NCBI RefSeq assembly: GCF_002113885.1
Contig: NW_018407955.1
Coordinates: forward strand, 1,301,835-1,365,834
Length of the DNA: 64,000 nt
Direction of reading: 5' to 3'
DNA from: Mizuhopecten yessoensis
Lineage: Eukaryota
Made by a program: the position numbers and the translations under genes
The notes under the pieces: model-generated
Databases searched by the model: none
Told to the model about the DNA's origin: nothing
The model's input: the letters and a program-made list of their open reading frames with translations, nothing else
Part shown: positions 14,042-26,360 of the stretch, piece by piece
Position numbering within the stretch: the first letter of the stretch is position 1
Layout of the letters: the number at the start of each line of letters is the position of its first letter

Positions 14042-15185
14042 TCTATGTTAAGTACACAACTCAATGACTGAATAGGAAATAGGAAAATAGGGAATTACTA
14101 CAGGAATGTAAAAATTAAAATGACACTAAAACAATAACAAAAAAAGTAAGATTTTTTTCTATCGCATATTTTTCCAAATGTATGAAAATACTGCCAAATT
14201 GGAAATTTTCGCGGAGGTTATGTTCGCGTCTTTTGCGCTGAGTAAATTAGCGCAAAAATTTCAATGTGCGAACATTTAAAGATTATAGATAAAAAGAACA
14301 TGGAATTCAATACTATTTTTTGAGAGTAAGTTATGTATATTTTTTCTCTTTTAAGAAATTGTTAACTCAGGTCATTCATTGAAATGTTTCTGATATAATT
14401 TTATCTCTCAATCTTTCACCCTATAAATATGAAAATATTCATTGTTTCCATGTCAGTATATGTCTACAGCGTGTTTAATGACATAGTATATATCCAATGA
14501 GCTATATAGATAATGGGATACTTTTTTGTAGTTCTCAGAGCTGAGGATATATCTGTTTGAATAACGATTTCATTTATGCTTCGATGTTCGTTCATTAGCT
14601 TCATTGGGTTTATATACATACAATCTAACCATATGAACATATTTATCGTGAAAACGTCAGTAGGCTCTATGTGTAAACCTTTCTGAAATAGAAAAGCTAC
14701 ATCATTTAATACCTTTCATTTCAATAGTGAATTATTACCATAATGTGTTTCTAGACAAAATTATCCCGGTTTACAATATGAACATGAACACATCAACACT
14801 TTTCTGTGCTATTGAAGCTAACGTTATTGATTGTTAAATTATTTCAAATCGGTTGCCATCATAAATGTGATCACTGTAATATGTACAACAGTTTAAATAT
14901 ACATCAAGTGCAAAATAAATCTTAATTGACATCATATAATGTTTTATATATACTGCATTTAAATTATTTCCATTGATTGTAAACAGTTCTTACTTACTGC
15001 CACTCCATAGAGGTAGAAGCTATATATATATATAGATCTTATTTAAATAAGTAAATGTCATAGACTAAGCACATATTAAGCGTAGCTGAATCGACTATAA
15101 CAACTAATTGTACTTACGCTTACAGCGTAGCCGAATCGACATCGATTTGTGGACAACTCGTACACATTTTTCACCTTTTTGCACA

Positions 15186-16379
15186 TGTAGTGTAACGTGC
15201 GCCGTGGTCGGTACCTATTTGGTCCGTCCCAAGTGTCTCTCGGGATATGCTGTGCAGTTCCGGTAGCTTCGCCTTAGCGCACTTGCTTAGTAGCGCAGAG
15301 ACTTTCTATATAAATTGGACCCAAGCAAACTTAATCAGACTATAATTAGTATTATTTACAAAGGATTTTAATACGACAAACCTATGATACAGTTGCATAC
15401 AATAAACAGGGTCGTGCTACTTGTCACGGGACTCACAATTACAATACACATTTAACGTTAACAGGGNGCGCACCGGCTTATCCAGCGCAGCGCACCGGCT
15501 CACACAGCGTAATAGCTACACCGTGCACAGGCCTTACAACCGCTTATCACCCTAACCTACTGCCTCACGACCACTGGTCACTTATTCAGCGACCAACAAC
15601 TACCACGCTATGAAAGACTTATGCAGTCCTTCCACAAAGACTTATCCAGCCTTTGTATATACCTTAACGTTGTTGTATCTCGCCGTGTTCTTCTGTCAGC
15701 ATCAGAATTCTCCCCCAGAATGAGATGAAGCCTCGCTTATATACTGCTAGCTCAAACCATTCTGGGGTAAATCAAGTTATCCCATTTTTTATGACGTCAC
15801 TAACTTTCTGGTCTTACGAGCGCTTACAGCCTATGCCAAAAACTATGTAAAAACCACAAACGCAACCTAACACTGATTACACATGGTTTATTTACACGAT
15901 CACGTTAAGCTGAATACTCCACACGTACACACGTACCTCTCGACAGAACACCGGGAATAAACGCCACTGGTACGTACACACAATCAATACTGTTCATTAC
16001 AGTAGTACGACGAGGAATAGTGCTAAGATAGTGCCGTCGCTGGGTCTCGAACCCGCGACCCTCGGCTCTCTATCCCGATGCTCTACCGCTTAGCTAAAGG
16101 AAAATTCCCTACAGCTGACGCTTATAAGGCAACCTAATCAATGCACATCTTTTACACTATTCCCCCCTTTTTCAATCACCAACCCAGGTTCTTTGATTCC
16201 TCGCCAAGGGTCCTCCTACCTTGAACGGGGAGGGCCAACAGTACCAGTTTGTGGTAGGACGAGGAACGGTGATAAAGATAGTGCTGTCGCTGGGGCCGAA
16301 CCCGCGACCCTTGGCTCTCCAACCTAATGCTCTACATCTAACGCTTGTAAGGCAACCGAATCAATGCACATCTTTCACA
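15186..16379 (-). mobile_element. TRIM (miniature non-autonomous LTR element) with tRNA-like sequence in its LTRs, Helenus-like
   Basis: Two direct repeats TGT...ACA (15186-15190 plus 16006-16156; and 16250-16379) flank a 93-bp interior with a TGG-starting PBS-like site and PPT AAAAAGGGGGGAA on the minus strand. CACA target duplication at 15182-15185 and 16380-16383. A/B boxes at about 16033-16099. Confidence 0.8.
15191..16001 (-). mobile_element. Solo LTR (811 bp, Gypsy-type) nested in the TRIM LTR
   Basis: TGTAA...TTACA inverted termini, GTAG duplicated at 15187-15190 and 16002-16005, no ORF. Orientation is inferred from a minus-strand TATATAA near 15740. Confidence 0.8.
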
Positions 16380-17203
16380 CACATACGCTTCACTGGTCAT
16401 TTGTCTGATGAAGGTGAGTGTACATACCGTATTAGTCATCGCAACGACATAGACACACTTATTGGTTGTTTTACAAGAATCTTTTCATAATCCATACTTA
16501 CCAACCTGAAAAAAAATGTTAAAATATTTTCTCTATCTTGCTAATGTAGAGCACGTGTAACACCATGGACATATCAAAAGTTGGCAAGTAAAGTTCAAAT
16601 GATTTAAAGTTATATTCATGCCGGAAAACCCCAGTATGCAATGCTTAGTTTTGTAAGTTTTAAGTTCTTTGAAGAATATAAGAAATTATTTCCTTTTTTC
16701 TTCATAAATTATTGGCCTGTACATTGACAAATATTATTGATTACTGATCGGAATTGGACACATCAACACTATGACTAAACATTTCTATTCAAATTAGTTC
16801 TGCTATTAAGTGTAAACAATGTTAAGGAATTAAATAAAACGGGAAAATGTGTACATTTGGCATTCAGGAAAAGAATAAAACTGAATTGAAGGGTTACTTA
16901 TAAAACTGTTTCATGTAAACTGGAAACACTCCGTTATGGATTGTTTCAACCTATAGGCCGAAAGGCCTACGGAATAAAGAACACTGAACAAATACAATGG
17001 AACTAGTCTGTACATCACTGCGAAAAGCTTAACACAGATGATATTGTTACGGAGTAGGTGTTTCTTCCTCTTGTTTTCCCTCCTTTAAAGCGATGAATTT
17101 TCAATGAATATATTATTCGTGACTTCCTACGTCGAGTATTGACGCCGTATCTGTAGTATACAGTCAGCCACACGTGTTGCTGTCCCCCTATTTCATATCC
17201 AAT

Positions 17204-17740
17204 TCAGTGACGTTTACCGGAAACAACAACTCCTTTGATCAGGTCAGCTGCCCTTTCGGATTTCCGGAAGGTATATTCCTCATCACCGAACCGTCTGCGA
17301 CACGTAGATTTGAGATACCTTTCACTCTGCAACAAACGTGTGGGAAAACTTGTCCAATGAAAATAAAGTCATATTCAATGCTATAATAAAAAGTAAGATT
17401 TGCTTTTATAAGTGTCTTGAGAATACATTGCTGAATTATGCTTGATTGATAATATATTTCCGTATAATCAAAGCCAAATAAGGAATAAAATTCCTTCTCA
17501 TGCAAAAATGCTGTAGAGTACCAATAAATTGAATAAATAAATAACCATATTAACAAGTTACCCGAGTTGAGGATCAACAACAGATGTGGGGCCATTAAGT
17601 GCACCCATCCTGCACGTGGACGTGTCATGATAATTTGTCAAAGTATGATGTTTAACGAAACACTCCCAGAATGCATCTGACCGGAAATTGTGCTTAGAGC
17701 ACTGTTGGTAGATTGGCGAGGAGTTATCCAACAAATTTAC
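17204..17740 (-). pseudogene. GMC oxidoreductase paralogue remnant: last two exons
   Basis: About 17740-17562 reads CSKHNFRSDAFWECFVKHHTLTNYHDTSTCRMGALNGPTSVVDPQL|GT. From 17326 it reads VKGISNLRVADGSVMRNIPSGN, then after a frameshifting deletion ERAADLIKG. I found no upstream exons. Confidence 0.88.
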
Positions 17741-18415
17741 TTATGAAAGATATATTTGAACTTGAATATTTAAAATCCCTATTAAACAAATTATTTTTTC
17801 TTTCCCCAGTATGTTTTTTATAGAGACGCAAGGTTTGGGGTGACCCGGGTTATCCATCTTTCATTATATCAGCCTTACTTAGGAGGCCTCATCACTCTCA
17901 TTTACTCTTCTCTTTCATTTCTTCTCTCGTGCTACCACAATCATTTAATCTTTCATTCTTATTTATTCTCATATTAATATTATTTCATCTAATCATATAC
18001 ATATTCATCTGTACATTTACTTGCCAAAAATCCTTCTTTATTGATTTGGGATTACTATTGTTTCCTCGAATTTACACCAAATAAAAGTGAATATTGATTA
18101 ATATGAGTGTCTTTTTTTTCAATGGTTATTTGAAATCACCAAAAAAAAGGTTGTTTGAAGAAAAGAAAAATGTTAATGTAACCATAAAAAATCTTATAAA
18201 AAGGTAATCAAATTGGACATTTGACGTTATTTTCTAAGCATTATCAATGCTTGCGATTATCTGTAATCTTTGCAAATATGTCATGAATTTATAAAGTAAT
18301 AAATTTAAAAATTGAGATTCATAAGATATTCATAATCTTGTCTTATTATCTTTGGTGAAGAAAATATTCATCACAATAAGTTGAATATGTTCAGATATAT
18401 TACAGTATTGAAAGA

Positions 18416-18885
18416 TTGGTTTGGTTTGGTTTGGTTTAGTATTGTTTAACGTCCTGTCATTTAAGTAGGCCTCCCCGTGTGCAAGATACATGCGTGTAGT
18501 GTATGCGTGTGTGTTTTGGGAGGCTGCGATATGTTCGTGTTTGTCTCCTTGTGATAGCGCGCAACTGATGCCGAGTTTACAGTGCTACCTCACTGAAAAA
18601 TTCTGCCGAAGACGCCCAGCAGGACACCCCAAACGGTCACATACTGACAACGGGCGAACCAGTCGTTCCACTCCTATATTACTGAGCGTTTACAGACTCT
18701 GGTATGTCTCGGCCAGAGGACAGAACCCAAAGCCTTCCTCACAGGGCCGAACGCTCAACTAAAGGCCAAAGGTAAGACATTGTCAAGGGAGACATCAGGA
18801 AGAAGAAAGTTGATTAGAAAGAAGAGCAAAGATAAGATCCCAAATTTAGTCGCCTCTTACGGTACAATTCTTACGCTCTACCTGC
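18416..18885 (-). mobile_element. SINE with a 5' leader, tRNA-like region and (CCAAA)n tail
   Basis: Flanked by a 9-bp direct repeat ATTGAAAGA (18407-18415 and 18886-18894). Homologous to 24872-25511. Confidence 0.85.
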
Positions 18886-20159
18886 ATTGAAAGAAGGCGT
18901 CAAGAAATAGAAATAAAGTATGCAAAAAACCTTAACACACAAGGACAATAAAGAAAAAGCGACAACAACGACAAACTATACAACAGTACCAACAAAATAA
19001 TAAAAAAATAAGCTACAGTGTCAACATACAAGGACAAAATATTCAATGTAATTGTACAAGAATAAGCAATACCACATTGTAAATATAGCTAAATGAAATA
19101 TACATGTACCATAATGCCATCAAACAACGAAATATGTGATACAGCTTTATACAGGAAAACAGAAGCTGGGCCGAGTTAATTACTCCGGCCGCGACAATGA
19201 TTTCTCACGCAGCTTTGATACGCAGCTTCCTGCTGTTCTTAATCACATTGTTTTCAATGATAATCTGTTGGAAGCCATAAGGTTGATGTTTTTTTAACAA
19301 AAATGGACAAGACGGTACATCGCAAAAACAATCGATAACATTTAGTTAAAAAATATGAATCATCATGATAAAAATAAGATATAAAAAATATGATGTGTAA
19401 CGTATTATAATTATGATGTGATTATAAGTTAACAAATAATATCCTATTGGATATTCGCATAGTTTTAGAGATCCAGGTGTAACTCCCACACAACCCATGG
19501 TATGTTCTTGTGTTATAGATAAGTATGACTGGACTGGAAAGAAATATAAAGATTCCAAGAATACCAAACGTTATTATGTTGCACGCTATCAATGAATAGA
19601 AAAGACAAATGCTACAGGCAATATACGATCTATGTTAATTTAATTAAATTGTATATTACATATTTTTTTTTTATGTCAATACAGCAAAATTAATTAACAA
19701 ATGAATACATAAACTGCTCTGACTATTCTCTCATAATTTCACGACAGAATCTTATCAAATATTTGAGAATGTAAAATATTAATATATATTTAAAATAATA
19801 TTTCGGCTAAAAAAAATAATATTGATGATTCTAAAGTTTTGTTTGGAAACTAAAGGAAATGTACACATTATTGAAAGGTAATAAAAGATAAGGAAATAAA
19901 CATATTTAATAATAGTTTTTCATGATATAGATCAAAATTTAAATATCAGACAAAGGGTAATTTTGAGCGATAGGGAATTGCTTCTATGCACCAATACCAA
20001 GGCAAACTCAATCAAAAACAGAAAACCTGAATGCACACTCATACTTATATTTAATAGCAATATACTGCAATATGTTTTCTTTTTCACATTGTAAATGAAA
20101 TTTATGTAAATTTGTTTTGCTTTTTACTTTATTTTCTGCATAAAATTCATTGGTAGCCT

Positions 20160-23100
20160 TGGTGGTCATGGTATTGACACTGATATGTAGATTTTATGTC
20201 CAACAAATTTACTTTTGTTGTCATGGTATTGACACTGACATGTAGGTTTAACGTCCAACACATTTACCTTTTTTGCCATGGTATTGACACTGGTATGTAG
20301 ATTTTACGTCAAAAAATGTTACTTTTGTTGTCATTGTATTGACATTGATATTTAGATTTTACGTCCAACACATTTACTTTTGTTGTCACGGTATTGACAC
20401 TGACATGTAGGTTTTACGTCCAACACATTTACTTTTGTTGCTATGGTATTGACACTGGTATGTAGATTTTACGTCAAAAAATGTTACTTTTGTTGTCATT
20501 GTATTGACATTGATATTTAGATTTTACGTCCAACACATTTACCTTTGTTGCCATGGTATTGACACTGGTATGTAGATTTTACGTCCAACACATTTACCAT
20601 TGTTGCCATGGTATTGACACTGGTATGTAGATTTTACGTCCAAAAAAATACTTTTGTTGTCACGGTATTGACACTGACATGTAGGTTTTACGTCCAACAC
20701 ATTTACTTTTGTTGCTATGGTATTGACACTGGTATGTAGATTTTACGTCAAAAAAGTTACTTTTGTTGTCATTGTATTGACACTGATATTTAGATTTTAC
20801 GTCCAACAAATTTGCTTTTGTTGTCACGGTATTGACACTGACATGTAGGTTTTACGTCCAACAAATTTACTTTTGTTGCCATGGTATTGACACTGACATG
20901 TAGATTTTACGTCCAACAAATTTACTTTTGATGTCATGGTATTGACACTGATATGTAGGTTTTACGTCCAACAAATTTACTTTTGTTGTCATGGCATTGA
21001 CACTGACATGTAGATTTTACGTCCAACAAATTTACTTTTGTTGTCATGGTGTTGACACTGATATGTAGATTTTACGTCCAAAAAAATACTTTTGTTGTCA
21101 CGGTATTGACACTGAAATGTAGGTTTTACGTCCAACAAATTTACTTTTGTTGTCACGGTTTTGACACTGACATGTAGGTTTTACGTCCAACAAATTTACT
21201 TTTGTTGTCACGGTTTTGACACTGACATGTAGGTTTTACGTCCAACAAATTTACTTTTGTTGTCATGGCATTGACACTGACATGTAGATTTTACGTCCAA
21301 CAAATTTACTTTTGTTGCCATGGTATTGACACTGACATGTAGATTTTACGTCCAACAAATTTACTTTTGATGTCATGGTATTGACACTGATATGTAGGTT
21401 TTAGTCCAACACATTTACCTTTGTTGCCATGGTATTGACGCTGGTATGTAGATTTTACGTCAAAAAAAGTTACTTTTGTTGTCATTGTATTGACACTGAT
21501 ATTCAGATTTTACGTCCAACACATTTACCTTTGTTGCCATGGAATTGACACTGGTATGTAGATTTTGCGTCAAAAAAGTTACTTTTGTTGTCATTGTATT
21601 GACACTGATATTTAGATTTTACGTCCAACACCTTTACTTTTGTTGTCACGGTATTGACACTGGTATGTAGGTTTTAGTCCAACACATTTACTTTTGTTGT
21701 CACGGGATTGACACTGATATGTAGGTTTTAGTCCAACAAATTTACTTTTGTTGTCACGGTTTTGACACTGACATGTAGGTTTTACGTCCAACAAATTTAC
21801 TTTTGTTGCCATGGTATTGACACTGGTATGTAGATTTTACGTCAAAAAAGTTACTTTTGTTGTCATTGTATTGACACTGATATTTAGATTTTACGTCCAA
21901 CACATTGACTTTTGTTGTCACGGTATTGACACTGATATTTAGATTTTACGTCCAACAAATTTGCTTTTGTTGTCACGGTATTGACACTGACATTTAGGTT
22001 TTACGTCCAACAAATTTACTTTTGTTGTCACGGTTTTGACACTGACATGTAGGTTTTACGTCCAACAAATTTACTTTTGTTGCCATGGTATTGACACTGG
22101 TATGTAGATTTTACGTCCAAAAAAGTTACTTTTGTTGTCATTGTATTGACACTGATATTCAGATTTTACGTCCAACACATTTACCTTTGTTGCTATGGTA
22201 TTGACACTGGTATGTAGAGTTTACGTCAAAAAAGTTACTTTTGTTGTCATTGTATTGACACTGATATTTAGATTTTACGTCCAACACATTGACTTTTGTT
22301 GTCACGGTATTGACACTGATATTTAGATTTTACGTCCAACAAATTTGCTTTTGTTGTCACGGTATTGACCCTGATATGTAGGTTTACGTCAAACACATTT
22401 ACTTTTGTTGCCATGGTATTGACACTGACATGTAGATTTTACGTCCAACAAATTTACTTTTGATGTCATGGTATTGACACTGATATGTAGGTTTTAGTCC
22501 AACAAATTTACTTTTGTTGTCACGGTATTGACACTGGTATGTAGGTTTTAGTCCAACACATTTACTTTTGTTGTCACGGTATTGACACTGGTATGTAGGT
22601 TTTAGTCCAACACATTTACTTTTGTTGTCACGGTATTGACCTTGATATGTAGGTTTTAGTCCAACAAATTTACTTTTGTTGTCACGGTATTGACACTGAT
22701 ATTTAGATTTTACGTCCAACAAATTTGCTTTTGTTGTCACGGTATTGACCCTGATATGTAGGTTTACGTCAAACACATTTACTTTTGTTGCCATGGTATT
22801 GACACTGGTATGTAGATTTTGCGTCAAAAAAAGTTACTTTTGTTGTCATTGTATTGACACTGATATTTAGATTTTACGTCCAACAAATTTGCTTTTGTTG
22901 TCACGGTATTGACCCTGATATGTAGGTTTACGTCAAACACATTTACTTTTGTTGCCATGGTATTGACACTGGTATGTAGATTTTATGTCAAAAAAAGTTA
23001 CTTTTGTTGTCATTGTATTGACACTGATATTTAGATTTTACGTCCAACACCTTTACTTTTGTTGTCACGGTATTGACACTGGTATGTAGGTTTTAGTCCA

Positions 23101-23651
23101 ACACATTTACTTTTGTTGTCACGGTATTGACACTGGTATGTAGGTTTTAGTCCAACACATTTACTTTTGTTGTCACGGGATTGACACTGATATGTAGGTT
23201 TTAGTCCAACACATTTACCTTTGTTGCCATGGTATTGACACTGGTATGTAGATTTTGCGTCAAAAAAAGTTACTTTTGTTGTCATTGTATTGACACTGAT
23301 ATTCAGATTTTACGTCCAACACATTTACCTTTGTTGTCATGGTATTGACACTGATATATAGAATTTACGTCCAACACATTTACTTTTGTTGCTATGGTAT
23401 TGACACTGGTATGTAGATTTTATGTCAAAAAAAGTTACTTTTGTTGTCATTGTATTGACACTGATATTCAGATTTTACGTCCAACACATTTACCTTTGTT
23501 GCCATGGTATTGACACTGATATGTAGATTCCTGCGTCCACCATATTTACCTTTTGTTGTCATGGTATTGACACTGATATGGAGATTTTACGTCCAACATA
23601 TTTACTTTTGTTGTCATGTTATTGACACTGGTATGTATGTTTCTGCGTCCA
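20160..23651. repeat. 55-bp satellite array, about 63 copies
   Basis: Consensus TTGTTGTCA(C/T)GGTATTGACACTGATATGTAGATTTTACGTCCAACAAATTTACTT, with 54-bp variants. Confidence 0.97.
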
Positions 23652-24094
23652 AGATTTTGTTTGAGAAAGGTTCGTTATCTGCCTGACACCCTTCCAGATG
23701 TTTCACTGCATTCGACTGATTCCTGCAACAAAACGATATGCTTTTGATGCAGCCATTTGGTTAGTAAGCGACGCTGTCAGTAAATTATGATATTTGAAAA
23801 AAAGAAAAATACAAAAAGTTTGATTATCAGTTTAAAGTGATATATATATGTAAGTACATACGCTGCCTCATTTAAATAATCAATTAGTACCTAACCACTA
23901 GACTGTCTTATAACTATACAGATGAAATTTATATATAAAAAAAATAGTTTTAGAATATACGTAATAATTTCGCATTTTTATCTCCATACAACGTTTCCAT
24001 TTGGTTGTGACATGGAATAGAATAATATCCATTATATGAGTAGCACGTTATTGTTAATTATTAAGTTGCTTATACCAAAGAAACAATTTTGTAC

Positions 24095-24340
24095 TACGCT
24101 AAAGTATTATTTCCCCAATGAGCTTCTTTGTGCCACATTATTTTAATGTTGAAGTGTTATTTCCCCAGTGAGCTTCTTTGTACCACATTGATTTTAATGT
24201 TGACGTGTTATTACCCCAGTGAGCTTCTTTGTACCACATTCATTTTAATGTTGAAGTGTTATTTCCCCAGTGAGCTTCTTTGTGCCACATTAATTTTAAT
24301 GTTGAAGTGTTATTGCCCCAGTGAGCTTCTTTGTACTACG
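24095..24340. repeat. 51-bp tandem repeat (about 4.5 copies, with degenerate copies to about 24630)
   Basis: GTTGAAGTGTTATTTCCCCAGTGAGCTTCTTTGTACCACATT..TTTTAAT recurs at 24148, 24199, 24250 and 24301. Confidence 0.9.
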
Positions 24341-24871
24341 GTAACGTTAAGGGAATAAGTACTATTCCTTAGTAGGCAGATGTGTAGGCGTTTATATTAA
24401 CGATTAGATTGTATTTCCCAAATGAACTACTTTGTACACGTTTTTGCTAATGAATATACTCTACTTCCCAAGTGAGCTGCTTTATACACGTGTGTGGTAA
24501 TGATTAACTGTTCCTTCCCAAGGAACTGCTTTTTTACGTAAACGTCAATGAACAAGTGTTATCACCGTAAAAAGCTGCTTCGTGTCACGTTTATGTTAAT
24601 GATTAAATGCTGTTACCCCAGTGAGCTTCGAATATGTCAAATGAGAAAGAAAGGTAATTTTATATGCTGTGGTTTCTCTATCTGTTTAATGGACAAGGGA
24701 TCCAGTTTATATCCTCTCTGTACAAGGTAAGTATATAGGTAACCCAATTATAAGCAGTTTTATGCAGTGAAATCCCGATCAAGGCATCTTCATTCCAAGC
24801 AAATTTGATAGGATGGTAAGACGGCTAGATTGTTGAGACAAAGTTTGTATAGAAAAAGACCAGTTTTGCAC

Positions 24872-25511
24872 CCCTGCAGGTGGGAGATTGGAAAATAGAT
24901 ATACCTGCTGTTACCCTTTGCACGTATCGCAGGATGCGACTAATGAGTAACCGCCTGCAGAACTTGGGATTTGCTTTGGTTTCCTCTATTTTGGAACACA
25001 AAAGCGACCAAAATAAATCTGCTGCATCCGTTGCAATATTTAGGATCTTTATCGTTCTTTCTACTTCTAACTACCTTTTATTTCCTAGCGCCGTGCTTGG
25101 CAACACCTCACATTTGGCTTGAATGTTGAACATTCGCCCAGGTGAGAAAGGCAATAGGCTCTGTTCCCAGGCCGGGACATATCAAAGTCTTTAAAATGGT
25201 AGTTGTTGTTCCCTGCTTAACGTTCAGCTTAAGGGAAATGGCAACAACTGGTTCACCCGTTGTCAATATAATGTGACATGGTGGAATGCTGTGCTTGGTG
25301 CCTTCTACATGGCATTTCAGTGAGACAGCACGATAAAGTCGGCATCAGATCTGCGCTATCACAAGGAGACAATCATACCAGCATATCATGTCTCCTGCAT
25401 ACACACACGCAAGCACACATACACTACACACATGGAGGCACGTCATTTAATGACATTAGCTGTTAATGGTACGTTAAACAAAATTAAACCAAACCAAACC
25501 TAACCTAACCC
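24872..25511 (+). mobile_element. SINE with a 5' leader (same family as 18416-18885), in intron 7 of the pseudogene
   Basis: Starts CCCTGCAGG, ends (AAACC)n, TTGCAC duplicated on both sides. The paralogous intron has a single CCTTGCAC near 41145 (empty site). Confidence 0.85.
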
Positions 25512-26360
25512 TTGCACTACTGCCAGAAAACTGGAACCATGCACTGAAAAACTGGAAAAGGTGTTTTATTTTCCGGCATGACTATGTCTTTAATGAATCT
25601 ATATATAGCTTTATACTATGCAGGCCGTACTGTTCAATGGTAACACATTTTCATCAAATAGAACGTTATCCCTGGTAATGATCACGTCTGTTTAAATGTT
25701 TAATCACCATAACGATATTGACGGCTCTCAAATCTCCCTCTTTCAGTCATGGACATTCGAAAAGTTATTGGAATCATATTATCAATTATCACAAGCATAA
25801 ATGATGTCATAACGACTATTGAAGTCAAATGTGATAGCTAATATTCCCAATTTACATGTTCACAATCTCACAAGTGAGCATGTCAAGTACAGTATGAACT
25901 TAACACTCATACACAGGTGAAATTACGTTTAAAATTACTTTTATAATAAATACAGTTAACCACAATGAACTACACTACACAATACAGCTACTTCGTCCTT
26001 CTATGACTCGTCAGTAACACTATGGCCAAAAAGGTTGAAATCCAAATTAAGTTAAGCACGTTTGAAGCATGCAGGAGGAGCTTCAATGTTCTTTATTACA
26101 CGAATGAAGGACAATGTGTGTTTAATATGAACCATACCACTACACAAAAGTAACAATCGTGGTCATCAAGCTAAAAGCAAACCTCGAAATCTAAGAAATC
26201 TCGCAGAGTGTTCTACCTTGTATCTAAATGTCATCACATAATGGTCACTTTATCGTCCATGTGCAAGATAGTTAAATCGGCCTCTGTTCAAAAATAAATA
26301 ACATTCTCTCAACATTTCAGACATACTGGCAGATGTTCATCAAGGAAGATCACTTTCTAG

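Noticed and set aside
15467-15467. Single N in the solo LTR
   Set aside because: An ambiguous base or gap marker with no biological meaning; it makes the solo LTR length slightly uncertain.
16033-16099. Functional tRNA gene
   Set aside because: The acceptor stem is poor, and the sequence is part of a duplicated LTR within a TSD-bounded element.
20160-23651. CRISPR-like appearance and repetitive ORFs (KPTYQCQYRDNKSK)
   Set aside because: There are no unique spacers or cas genes and the context is eukaryotic. The ORFs come from runs of 54-bp monomers.
23630-23722. Minus-strand acceptor (TTTTGTTGCAG) leading into the 55-bp array
   Set aside because: The short peptide is unrecognisable and there is no donor; probably chance.
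24128-24358. Cys-rich 17-aa repeat ORF (MLKCYFPSELLCTTLIL)
   Set aside because: It is the translation of a 51-bp intronic repeat, with no start context or splice support.
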